Origin: an uncultured bacterium
GTDB taxonomy: Bacteria; Patescibacteriota; Saccharimonadia; Saccharimonadales; OFTM59
Direction: 5' to 3'
Assembly: GCA_966685145.1 (NCBI GenBank)
Contig: CBKXXB010000001.1
Span: 633-64,632 of the forward strand
DNA: 64,000 nucleotides
The notes under the pieces are model-generated. The model was not told the origin of the DNA and made no database searches. It worked only from the letters and a program-made list of their open reading frames with translations. Of this stretch, positions 40,257 through 49,472 are shown piece after piece (the first letter of the stretch is position 1; each line of letters opens with the position of its first letter). The position numbers were made by a program, and so were the translations under genes.

Positions 40257-40826
40257 TTATATCGAAGCCTTCCTGGATACAAATCTGTTCCCGTCAACAT
40301 AAAAGCGCCAAGGCTGATCTGCCGCCTTAGTGATACCTATGCGCGTAGCCTGGGTAATATGCCCAGGCTTAAAGCCTGGTTCGAGTCTTAGCGTGCTTTT
40401 ATTAATTGTCGCGCCACTGAGAGACCTAGTGATTCCCATGGCCTGTACAAGCTTGGCTGGACCATTTGTCAGTTGCTCTATGTTGCTTATTCCGCGCCTT
40501 TCAATCATTAGGCTGACGCCTTCAACCGGCTCAAGCGCCCTTATAAGCACCCCTTCACCTCTTCCGGCTCCCCCGGCAACCAAATTAACGCAGTAATGCA
40601 TACCGTAAGTAAAGTACACGTAAATAGTGCCGGCTTCTCGGAACATCGGCAGATTACGGACTCGGGGGCCGCCATAAGCATGGCTGGCCGGGTCGTCCTC
40701 GTTATAGGCTTCCGCTTCTACTATGTAGCCTGAAGTCCTGCCCTCTGGCGTTTCATGCACAAGCTTCCAGCCCAGTACATTCCGGGCGCCGTTTAAAGCA
40801 TCCGGCAGCAAAGCAGCAATTGTCAT
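40257..40826 (-). CDS. mpg: 3-methyladenine DNA glycosylase (AAG/MPG family)
   Basis: IVEAEAY, YVYFTYGMHYC, VLIRALEP, GPAKL and RIGI motifs. Confidence 0.93.
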   Translation of the reverse strand: MTIAALLPDALNGARNVLGWKLVHETPEGRTSGYIVEAEAYNEDDPASHAYGGPRVRNLPMFREAGTIYVYFTYGMHYCVNLVAGGAGRGEGVLIRALEPVEGVSLMIERRGISNIEQLTNGPAKLVQAMGITRSLSGATINKSTLRLEPGFKPGHITQATRIGITKAADQPWRFYVDGNRFVSRKASI

Positions 40827-40923
40827 AAATCCCCCACTTTTGCAACTAGGTACTCTGTTAGGCGTGCGTGAAGCTCACAGCCTTGCTGTAAATCACGGAC
40901 ATATGGCGGTACGAGCGCGGAGG

Positions 40924-42738
40924 TCACCAACCGCCGCCTCCGCCGCCTCCGCCGCCGCCACCCGATGAGCCACCGCTAAATCCGCTTGATCCCGAGCTAC
41001 TCGGAGCAGTGAACGAGCTTGTACTTGCATTAGTAAATCCACCTAGTGATGAGGCAAGATGCACCGAATTAAAGGCCCGCCAATTGCCACTGTACCAGTC
41101 TGGTGGTGCTGTATAGAGATGCTCGAATTGCTTAGCCCAATCCTTCTCAATTCCGAACAGCATTGCATAAGGAAGCAGTTTCTCGAACAACTTTACTTGG
41201 CTTTTCGGGTTATTAGGATCAATATCTTTTGGCAGTTTTTCTGCACCTTCGGGGCTTTGAAGTATCTTGAGGCGTTCGGTTTCCGCTAATTTCATATAAT
41301 CTTTGAGCCCCAATAGATATTCTTTAGTAGCAACACCTAGTTGACTGCGTGCCGGCATCTTACCGGACACCAGTATAGTGAGAAAGCCACTTAGTCCTAG
41401 ACCAAACGCAAACGGTATCGTTACTACAGCAAAACCAATAACGAACGCGATAACTAACATTACAATGCCCGCCACGATGTATCTTTGGCGTGTTTTATGG
41501 GGATCATTCTTAAAATAACCCTGTTCATAAAGTTTTCTTGTCACAGACTCGTCAAGACTTTGAATATTAGTATGTAGTTTATTCTTGAGCGAAGAAAGTT
41601 TTACCTTACCGCCAACAACTACTCCGTCGGAAAAGAACATTCTTAGAGCCGCCATTTCATCGTTCCCTAATTCGCTGGGGTCTTTGACAATCTCAAGCTC
41701 ATAATCCGTCTTACCGAGAAGTCCTTCCTTTGGTACTTCATATATGTGCAGGTATTTCTTCACCGCCAGCTCAACGATCAGCGCCGACACGGACTTACTC
41801 TCCAGGCGTTCGTTCAAAACGATACTGCTGCTTAGCGCATTCAATTCTTTTGGCGGCAGATACTCCGGCACAATGACGCCACGGCCCGATGGATCCTTGC
41901 CGTCACGATACCAGCGCCTATATAGAGTTGTGGCGGTTATCGCTACAGGAAGTATTAAGCTGGCTGCGGCGGCAATCATCAGCAGTTTTTGTCGTCGCTC
42001 CTCAGCTTCTATTTCCGGACCTAGAACAAATGTACCCTTGTCGAATCCAAGCACAACGGTTAGCGTTTGGCTCGGACCCAGGTTAGTAACCGAAGATGTC
42101 AGCACTGTCACGTCGTCAGTCTCTAGACGGTTTATTGTACAGCCGCCCTGTTCATTGAATCCATAAGAACCGGCAAAACACAGATAGTTGTCCTGTAAAT
42201 GGTCTCTGATGTTCTTAGATACATGTATACGTGCCGTGACCAGACCGAAGTTCTGAGACCACTGGTCGCCATTGATATCCCAGTAGAATTCGTCATGGGA
42301 GTCCTCAAAACTCACCACGTTCTTCATGCGGTAATTAATATGGTACGTTTGCAGATTATGTACGTACTTGTCTGCATCGCCGATCTTAACTACAAGATTA
42401 TCATTCTCTGTATAGGTGGTGTACGGCCATGGTTTAGCGTTATGATCGGTCACGCTTTCTACCTCAAGGCTTAACGTGCGGCCTTTATATGTCTTTGGGA
42501 TCGCGCGCAGGATACCGTGATTTTGATCAAAATCCGGAAATATAACTTGTATATTCTCGCGCACGGTAAGCGTGGCCGTGTTGAGCTCGTTGCGATCCAA
42601 ATAATAGTCGGCCTCAAATGACTCTATCGTAAAATCGTTCACATCTGCTTTGACAACAGTAGAAGAATAAAGGCTAAATAAAAACCCGAATACAATAACA
42701 AACAAGAAACGTAACCAGATACGAATATTTGTTGGCAT
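40924..42738 (-). CDS. DUF2207-family membrane protein
   Basis: HGILRAIP, EFYWDING, FEKLLPYAMLFG and C-terminal SSGGGGGGGGGGGW; start chosen at MPTN. Confidence 0.9.
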   Translation of the reverse strand: MPTNIRIWLRFLFVIVFGFLFSLYSSTVVKADVNDFTIESFEADYYLDRNELNTATLTVRENIQVIFPDFDQNHGILRAIPKTYKGRTLSLEVESVTDHNAKPWPYTTYTENDNLVVKIGDADKYVHNLQTYHINYRMKNVVSFEDSHDEFYWDINGDQWSQNFGLVTARIHVSKNIRDHLQDNYLCFAGSYGFNEQGGCTINRLETDDVTVLTSSVTNLGPSQTLTVVLGFDKGTFVLGPEIEAEERRQKLLMIAAAASLILPVAITATTLYRRWYRDGKDPSGRGVIVPEYLPPKELNALSSSIVLNERLESKSVSALIVELAVKKYLHIYEVPKEGLLGKTDYELEIVKDPSELGNDEMAALRMFFSDGVVVGGKVKLSSLKNKLHTNIQSLDESVTRKLYEQGYFKNDPHKTRQRYIVAGIVMLVIAFVIGFAVVTIPFAFGLGLSGFLTILVSGKMPARSQLGVATKEYLLGLKDYMKLAETERLKILQSPEGAEKLPKDIDPNNPKSQVKLFEKLLPYAMLFGIEKDWAKQFEHLYTAPPDWYSGNWRAFNSVHLASSLGGFTNASTSSFTAPSSSGSSGFSGGSSGGGGGGGGGGGW

Positions 42739-42742
42739 CGTG

Positions 42743-43129
42743 CTAGCCGCCGTTATTTTCCAGTTCATAGATGCGACCATGATCGAGCCCAAAGTAATGC
42801 GCCACTTCATGCCATACGGTATGCCGTATGTTCATTTCAAGCTCTTCAAGGTCATGAGCCTGACTTAGTGCCGGGTTCTTAAATATAGTGATTTTGTCAG
42901 GCAACACCCCGCTATAGCTGGTCCCTCTCTTAGTAAGCGGCAACCCCTCGTAAAGGCCGAATAAGGTTTGTCCATGATGGAGTTTGAGCCGGCGTCTTTG
43001 CTCTTCGGTAGGATCGTTTTCAATTACAAATGCCAGATTTTCTATGCGCGTAGCGTACTGGTCAGGAATCGCGTCAAGCGCAGTCTTAACTATCGTTTCA
43101 AATTCGTGGTCAGATATATCAACAGCCAT
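42743..43129 (-). CDS. Zincin-like metallopeptidase (Zincin_1)
   Basis: LFGLYEG, PDKITIF and HEVAHYFG (HExxH) motifs. Confidence 0.9.
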   Translation of the reverse strand: MAVDISDHEFETIVKTALDAIPDQYATRIENLAFVIENDPTEEQRRRLKLHHGQTLFGLYEGLPLTKRGTSYSGVLPDKITIFKNPALSQAHDLEELEMNIRHTVWHEVAHYFGLDHGRIYELENNGG

Positions 43130-43174
43130 GGTTTGTTATTTCCCTAAATCTAATTATACTCAAGCTTGTCCGCT

Positions 43175-43630
43175 ATGAGTAAAAAACTGCTTATCATTTT
43201 GATTATCCTAAGCCTTATCCTTGCTGGGCTCGGGTATATACTACTGCGGCCAGAAACTGACTCGTCCCCTTCCGTAGCCGCTCCCATCAATGAATCGGTT
43301 GGAGTATTGAGTTCTGGCAATAAGGGTTCCTACGTTGAATATTCGAGTGACATCATAGAAAAGACTTCAGGTCAGAAAGTTCTGTTCTTCCATGCCCCGT
43401 GGTGCCCGCAGTGCCGCTCCATCGAGCAGGGTATTGAAGATCAAGGCGTGCCGGATGGTGTGACCGTAATCAAGGTCGACTACGACAGCAACCAGGCGCT
43501 TCGCAAGAAGTATGGCGTTACATTGCAAACAACTTTTGTAAAAGTTGATGACCGCGCTAACTTGGTAGATAAGTATGTAGCCTACAATGAACCGACTTTC
43601 GACGCGGTCAAACGTAACTTTTTAAAGTGA
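43175..43630 (+). CDS. Membrane-anchored thioredoxin-like protein
   Basis: FFHAPWCPQC and KYGVTLQTT motifs; TM anchor. Confidence 0.88.
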   Translation: MSKKLLIILIILSLILAGLGYILLRPETDSSPSVAAPINESVGVLSSGNKGSYVEYSSDIIEKTSGQKVLFFHAPWCPQCRSIEQGIEDQGVPDGVTVIKVDYDSNQALRKKYGVTLQTTFVKVDDRANLVDKYVAYNEPTFDAVKRNFLK

Positions 43631-44370
43631 TGGAACTATTCGTTATATCCTTTCTCGCCGGCGTCCTCACCGTAGCAGCACCTTGCATACTGCCACTTCT
43701 ACCTGTTATTGTCGGCGGCTCAATTGCCAGAACCGGTGATACCAAGGATCAACAGAAAAATTGGTATAGACCTCTTATAGTTGCCCTCAGCTTAGCCGTT
43801 TCCGTCATTATATTCACGCTGCTCCTAAAGGCCACCACGACGTTCCTCGGCGTTCCACAAACGGTTTGGCAAGTTATTGCCGGAATAATCGTAGCCGGGC
43901 TAGGGATTAATTTTGTATGGCCGGAGCTCTGGGAAAAAATTGCTCTTAAGACGGGGCTTCATATGGGGGCTAACAAATTCTTAGGCAAAAACGTCACAAA
44001 GAGAGGTCTAGGCGGCGATGTAATTACCGGCTTTGCTCTTGGTCCAGTCTTTAATAGCTGTAGCCCGACCTATGCATTGATAGTCGTTACTGTACTGCCC
44101 GCTTCGTTTATTACAGGCCTTTCGTACTTAGTCGCATATGCGGCTGGTCTTGCTGGCATGCTTTTGCTGGTGACGTATCTCGGGCAATCTGTCGCAGCCA
44201 AGCTTGGCTGGCTTGCAAACCCTACTGGCTGGTTTCGCCGCACAGCCGGACTACTTTTTATTATTGTCGGAATATCTGTAGTAGCAGGACTGGATAAAAA
44301 AGTTCAGACGTATGTGCTTGAGCGCGGCTGGTATGATCCGGTTTCGCGTCTCGAGCAATCTTTAGATTAG
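43627..44370 (+). CDS. ccdA: CcdA/DsbD-family thiol-disulfide transporter
   Basis: AGVLTVAAPCILPLLP and FNSCSP motifs; six TM helices; coupled to the thioredoxin gene. Confidence 0.85.
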   Translation: MMELFVISFLAGVLTVAAPCILPLLPVIVGGSIARTGDTKDQQKNWYRPLIVALSLAVSVIIFTLLLKATTTFLGVPQTVWQVIAGIIVAGLGINFVWPELWEKIALKTGLHMGANKFLGKNVTKRGLGGDVITGFALGPVFNSCSPTYALIVVTVLPASFITGLSYLVAYAAGLAGMLLLVTYLGQSVAAKLGWLANPTGWFRRTAGLLFIIVGISVVAGLDKKVQTYVLERGWYDPVSRLEQSLD

Positions 44371-44451
44371 CGATCAATATTGAGATAAAATACAGCATCA
44401 TTACACCCCCGGTGTTCACTACGGCGTATGGTTGTGTTTAAATGAGGATTA

Positions 44452-44973
44452 ATGAGACGTCCGATTGCTATGATTGCGGCAGCTGGGATTTCTCTTGGAG
44501 CAGCAACGCCACTTGCTGACGGAGAAAGAGTGCTGGGTGGCCCTGCAGAAGCCGAGCCAACGGTTGAGCTGCTTTACAGAGAGGTTCAGCAAGACATCTT
44601 GCCGCGCCTTGGGACCGCAGGCCTAAAATTAGTAGAGCTGGTGCGCGATGATACTATTGGCCATGTAGCGCTCTTGCTAACATTTGATTCTTATTGCGGT
44701 ACGCAATTTTCATTCGAGACGGACGACTATACTCCCGAGCGTGATGCATCTGTAGGCTTTACGCTATACGGTCGATTAGCAGATCTACAGGACAGGTCCA
44801 AGATAAACGGCCATGCTATGTGGGACGGAACCATCGGACACGGCGATAATGTGGCGCATACTCCTTTTATATACCAGCCAGGCAACAATGAAAATGCAGA
44901 TCAGGTGGTAGAGCACATGAGGCATAACTCAGCCTTAGCCTGCGCTCAATTTCCGGACACCCCCAACCTTTAA
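44452..44973 (+). CDS. Hypothetical protein, possible signal peptide
   Basis: 173-aa ORF; GAGGA upstream; two Cys. Confidence 0.6.
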   Translation: MRRPIAMIAAAGISLGAATPLADGERVLGGPAEAEPTVELLYREVQQDILPRLGTAGLKLVELVRDDTIGHVALLLTFDSYCGTQFSFETDDYTPERDASVGFTLYGRLADLQDRSKINGHAMWDGTIGHGDNVAHTPFIYQPGNNENADQVVEHMRHNSALACAQFPDTPNL

Positions 44974-45018
44974 TCCTTACTAGTATTATGTACGTTTTTA
45001 TGTTATAATAGCGCTCCT

Positions 45019-46194
45019 ATGGATTTTGGAGCTTTTGAGCGCAATGTGTATGAACTGGCTGCCAATCTACGGGCAACACCAGTCGGCGAGAGCATTGATG
45101 ATTATCAAAAGTACCTGGGTCATCAGATAGCCCAGGCTATCAACACGAACCGCGATGAGCTTAGGGCCGAGTATCGGCTTGAGCCCAGCACAGATCTTGT
45201 CGACCGCCTGCAGCAACGGCTTGGAACCATTGCCGTACAATCCGATGAGGACACACGCGAGGGTTTGAGCGCTCTGGAGTGGGCACTAAGAGAAGATATC
45301 GAACATCGTCGTAAAATTGCCGAGTGGCTTGTGTCGGTCATCCCGAAAATGGAAAAGACGCAGACAAATTACCGGCGCGTAATTAAGTCTCTTCTTAATA
45401 AGCACGATCTTGTATATACAGAAGATGACATGCAGACAGCTGAAGAGGTTATGAACCCGCCCCGCCACGCTCACCTTGAGAGGGAAATAAAGAAAACGAG
45501 CGTTGACGAACTCGAAGACTATGAGTTAACCATAGTAGCTGAGGGGTTACTTAAAATCCTGGCCAAATTTGCACGACAAGGGCAACGGGTAAGGCAAGTT
45601 GACATGTATTCTCAACCAGACTTTATAAAGGTCGTGAGGTTAGTGAGCCCGGATGTGCCCGTTCGTCAAGCGCTTCACACAGCTTGGGGCATACTTACGG
45701 CATTCTTTGAGGACGAAGACCCTGACTACCAGCTATTCTCTGTAGAGGGCAAAGGTTTCAGCGGCAACTATATACTCAACGATCCGGATCTTGTCGAGGG
45801 AATCTGGGGCACAGAAGACGACACCGCCGAACAGCAGCCTGCAGATGCCGAGGAAGAGACCGAACGCGTCCGTCCATACCAAGGCCGCATAGTACGCATC
45901 ACCCGCAATAAATTGATACTGGATTCCGGTGATTACATACCACTCGAAGACGATGTACAGAGAGCAGCCGCACAACGGCTTTTAGACCGTGGGGCAGACT
46001 TTATCAGCACTGGCAGGCTCAGCCAGGAGATTTCAGAAGAGCTTCGTCAACCGCGCAGCGCCGTTGAGGAAAAGGCCCGCGAACTATTAAAATCGCTTGG
46101 GCCTAATTATCTCGAACGTCGCCTGAACCGCAAGAAAAACAAGGCTCTAGTTCGAATTCGTCCTAATGCCCGCGGTGTCATCCAGCCGAGATAG
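45019..46194 (+). CDS. Hypothetical protein with possible C-terminal winged helix
   Basis: 391-aa ORF with TGnTATAAT 9 nt upstream; C-terminal ISTGRLSQEI...helix-wing pattern. Confidence 0.75.
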   Translation: MDFGAFERNVYELAANLRATPVGESIDDYQKYLGHQIAQAINTNRDELRAEYRLEPSTDLVDRLQQRLGTIAVQSDEDTREGLSALEWALREDIEHRRKIAEWLVSVIPKMEKTQTNYRRVIKSLLNKHDLVYTEDDMQTAEEVMNPPRHAHLEREIKKTSVDELEDYELTIVAEGLLKILAKFARQGQRVRQVDMYSQPDFIKVVRLVSPDVPVRQALHTAWGILTAFFEDEDPDYQLFSVEGKGFSGNYILNDPDLVEGIWGTEDDTAEQQPADAEEETERVRPYQGRIVRITRNKLILDSGDYIPLEDDVQRAAAQRLLDRGADFISTGRLSQEISEELRQPRSAVEEKARELLKSLGPNYLERRLNRKKNKALVRIRPNARGVIQPR

Positions 46195-46195
46195 A

Positions 46196-47140
46196 TTAGT
46201 CAGACAACTCGTACACGTCGGTGCCGAGAAAGAGATCTTCTCTTTCAGCTATATCAATGGCCCAGTTCCACAGCCTATTAATGGCCGATGTCCCGTTAAG
46301 CTTTGCCATGGCCGGGCAGCCCTGAGTTTCGAATGTTACGGCCGCTGACCCTACTGTCCTTGCTGAAGACGTGGATGGTGATTGTATTTGTACGATGGGC
46401 TGTTTGAAATCAACATACTCAGTACCGTCGCCTCTGGTTCTTAATTGAAGTGCTTGGACGTCTATAACAAACTGGGGGTCCAATGTCTCGCCGGCTAACT
46501 GCATCAATAATCCCGCAGCAGGCAGATGCTGGACATTTACAGCAGCCGCACGATTGATAAGAATGCTGCTTTGCCTGGCTATCTTAGCTATATCTTGCGA
46601 TTCAGCAGCCGGCAATTCGTTATTTGTGCGGTGGTTTCTTACAATACGGCTTACAGCCCGCAGAGCAGTTGTGGTTTCCTTTGCTGCAGTGCCTATACCT
46701 GATCGGATTAATTTTTCGGGTGACTCGTACCTGGCTCCTTCATAAGTTGAATTAAACACACTACAGACGTAACCCAGCCTTTGGTGTAGCGGAGTGGCTT
46801 CTTCTTCGTGCTTAGTAAGTACTTTTGCTGTCGCTGCACCTAGGGTAGGTCTGAGGAATTCATCCAATTCATAAAAGTCCCGCAGAGATGCCACGCGCTC
46901 CTCGCCCCAGTCAATGAGCCCGTAAGGCGGGAACTCCTGCTTGCCTTCAAGAGCCACGTCTAAAACCTCGTCTATAACGACTGCCAGTAAAGCGTATAAT
47001 TCAGGCCGCATTTCTTTGGCTCTGGCTACATTTTCCTGAAGATTCACTTCTTCGGGCATTAGGCCAATGTCGGGGACAGGCTCTATCAATGCTGGATCGG
47101 CTTTGTAGTCTTTAGCCATACTGACATAGGACGCACTCAT
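46196..47140 (-). CDS. Hypothetical protein with C-terminal GCPA motif
   Basis: 314-aa ORF; TAGAAT 8 nt upstream. Confidence 0.75.
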   Translation of the reverse strand: MSASYVSMAKDYKADPALIEPVPDIGLMPEEVNLQENVARAKEMRPELYALLAVVIDEVLDVALEGKQEFPPYGLIDWGEERVASLRDFYELDEFLRPTLGAATAKVLTKHEEEATPLHQRLGYVCSVFNSTYEGARYESPEKLIRSGIGTAAKETTTALRAVSRIVRNHRTNNELPAAESQDIAKIARQSSILINRAAAVNVQHLPAAGLLMQLAGETLDPQFVIDVQALQLRTRGDGTEYVDFKQPIVQIQSPSTSSARTVGSAAVTFETQGCPAMAKLNGTSAINRLWNWAIDIAEREDLFLGTDVYELSD

Positions 47141-47205
47141 AATTCAATATTCTACCACTTTTATATACTTTTAGCAAGTTTGTCGTCAAAGAGGATGAAG
47201 ATGAT

Positions 47206-47448
47206 GTGCCGGAAATTTGCCTCACGGTATCACACCCTGCAGTCGAAAGAGAGCACCGGATATATGATGACCGCGGCAAGGTTGTTAGCCGCCTAGTTCT
47301 TCAGGAACTATACGAGGCTCTCACCATAATTGTGACGTATGCGAACTCAGAGAGTGCCGGCAACATTCCACCCATAGATAGCAGCGACTTCCCCATTCCT
47401 GTTATTGACGCAGAGTTTCAAGCGTTGGCTTTGCGGCTCCAAAGTTAA
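47206..47448 (+). CDS. Hypothetical protein
   Basis: 80-aa ORF filling an intergenic gap; AGAGGA upstream. Confidence 0.4.
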   Translation: MPEICLTVSHPAVEREHRIYDDRGKVVSRLVLQELYEALTIIVTYANSESAGNIPPIDSSDFPIPVIDAEFQALALRLQS

Positions 47449-47463
47449 ACGATTAGTTTGATA

Positions 47464-47976
47464 TCACGAAGTTTCCACAGCTACAGTTGGGTCTTTATCT
47501 AAGCTCACATAGTAAGCCGCGTCGCCATAAACTTCATACTCCAACCTAAGATATTCCTTATCCTCCGTTACGTCGGTACTGAACACTATGGGAGCACGGT
47601 CATCATTGGGTGGTACGATAACCGCCAGCTCATCGAACACGAGCTGATGTAACGGCGGCAATGAGAGCTCGGTTGCTTCATCATCGACCGCACTAGCTCT
47701 TATTCGCGTGTATGGTAATGGTTGAGCATTTGTAAAAGGATTTCTATAAACAAATACTATACCTCTTGTTGGTCGGAAAACTCCATCGTATCTAACCCTC
47801 CCGCCACTACGTCTAAGGTCAGGATTAGCCGCGACCTGATCAATGACATGTTGGGATAAGGTCACAAACGCACCAAGGGCTCTTGCTGTTTCTCTGTAAT
47901 GAGCGTAAATACCCGGGTCGGTATCAGGAGTTAGCAAGCGCCCCGGTGAGTAAGGTATAGGCTCTAGAGATCTCAT
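47464..47976 (-). CDS. Hypothetical protein
   Basis: 170-aa ORF; GGAG upstream. Confidence 0.65.
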   Translation of the reverse strand: MRSLEPIPYSPGRLLTPDTDPGIYAHYRETARALGAFVTLSQHVIDQVAANPDLRRSGGRVRYDGVFRPTRGIVFVYRNPFTNAQPLPYTRIRASAVDDEATELSLPPLHQLVFDELAVIVPPNDDRAPIVFSTDVTEDKEYLRLEYEVYGDAAYYVSLDKDPTVAVETS

Positions 47977-48013
47977 TCGTAATTACTCCGCTTGGATTAT
48001 TTGCACTTACTGA

Positions 48014-48457
48014 TTAGGATGATGGGCCCAATATTTCAAGGCGCACGGTCCATTGATCACGGCCCCATTGGTTGTTTTGGTCTTGTGTAGTTTCGATGGC
48101 AGTATCATATCTGTCCCTGCCAGCAGCTTCGGCTACGACTTGCATAGCTGCTAGTGAACCTACTGCCCATGACTCATTCATAACTGTCCATGTGACGCTA
48201 GGTACCGTTGCTTCACGGTGACATCCAAGCAACACGCCGCCTATTTTCCGACCTTTAGCTTGCATGAATTCAGGTACAACAGCCCTGGCATAATCCAGTG
48301 CCGCCTCCGGATCAATGACGCCAACAGTTCCGCGTAACTGCGCAGCGGCCTCGGTTACTCTTTCGGCGTCCAAGGTTGCTGCTGCTTCGGGATAATCTTC
48401 AGAAGTAGGCCTCACCGGAAGCTTGGACCTAACTATAGGATCATTCATCAGACTCAT
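48014..48457 (-). CDS. Hypothetical protein
   Basis: 147-aa ORF; AGGGG upstream. Confidence 0.65.
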   Translation of the reverse strand: MSLMNDPIVRSKLPVRPTSEDYPEAAATLDAERVTEAAAQLRGTVGVIDPEAALDYARAVVPEFMQAKGRKIGGVLLGCHREATVPSVTWTVMNESWAVGSLAAMQVVAEAAGRDRYDTAIETTQDQNNQWGRDQWTVRLEILGPSS

Positions 48458-48594
48458 AGTATCCCCTGTTTCTCCATACAGGTATACGCTTTAATCCTTA
48501 GTCAAGCAAGCATAAGTAGCTTCGGTTTTTTAGCCACTGTCGAGTAGGGTCGATTAAAATGTGCACATTACCGAGTTATGATAAGAAACTGTGA

Positions 48595-49434
48595 TTAACT
48601 GTGCAACGCAGAAGCTGCGCGGTCGTACAGTGGCTGCGATAAGACCGGATAAGGAATTGTAGCTCCGTGCGCAGCCGGTTCGCGCAAACTTCGACCCTCT
48701 ACGCGGGGAGTATAAGCCCCATAACCTGCACCAATAAAAGCAATGTCGCCTAGGATGCCCGCGGAATTACAGGCAGCTTCTTTACGCCTGTTATAGTCAA
48801 GAGGCGGATCGCTAGGATCAAATTCACTATCTACGACAGACATGTCCATCGCCTGGCAATATTCAACGCCAGCATCTCGTATCATGGTCTCTGGTTCTTG
48901 CGAAATTGCTCCGATTGCAGCAGTAATCCTTAAATCTTGTGTAAGGAACATTCTGGTGACAGAACCGGATGAATTGCCCACTACCGGCGCAGAACGGACA
49001 TCCGAGTCCTTCGCTACATATGTCATAGCAATGACGGCATCCGGACTAGGCATTGATAACCTGATCTGCTTGGTTACTCCATTGACTGTAGTAGTTATTG
49101 GTTCACTCTCTGCGAGTAATGTCATCAGTTTAAAGCCTATGTTGTGTTGCAGAGCCGCAACTCTAGAATCAGCGCCTCCCAGAATACCTATCCAAGTACC
49201 TTCAGTTGTTTGTCTGTAGCCTGATTCCCTCAGTGATTGTCTTAACTGTTCATTCGCTTCGGCATCATTAGTGGGAGCAGAAGCATTAGGTGCTTGCCAG
49301 GTAGTGGTAGGTCTTGATTCTACTTCAGGGGTTTCGCCCCCGCCACAGCCAGCAAGGACTCCTGTCATCAAAGTCGCCGCGACAAATTTTCTTCCTCTCA
49401 TATACGCTCTTTTTACCCTTATCGACTTGGACAT
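48595..49434 (-). CDS. Putative lipoprotein
   Basis: Basic N-terminus, hydrophobic stretch and lipobox LAGC, then a Pro/Thr linker. Confidence 0.7.
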   Translation of the reverse strand: MSKSIRVKRAYMRGRKFVAATLMTGVLAGCGGGETPEVESRPTTTWQAPNASAPTNDAEANEQLRQSLRESGYRQTTEGTWIGILGGADSRVAALQHNIGFKLMTLLAESEPITTTVNGVTKQIRLSMPSPDAVIAMTYVAKDSDVRSAPVVGNSSGSVTRMFLTQDLRITAAIGAISQEPETMIRDAGVEYCQAMDMSVVDSEFDPSDPPLDYNRRKEAACNSAGILGDIAFIGAGYGAYTPRVEGRSLREPAAHGATIPYPVLSQPLYDRAASALHS

Positions 49435-49472
49435 TATGCGCCGTGTATGTTTATTTGTCCAAAAAGTTCAGG

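Noticed and set aside
40924-41000. GCC-rich repeat
   Set aside because: It encodes the standard poly-Gly tail of DUF2207 proteins.
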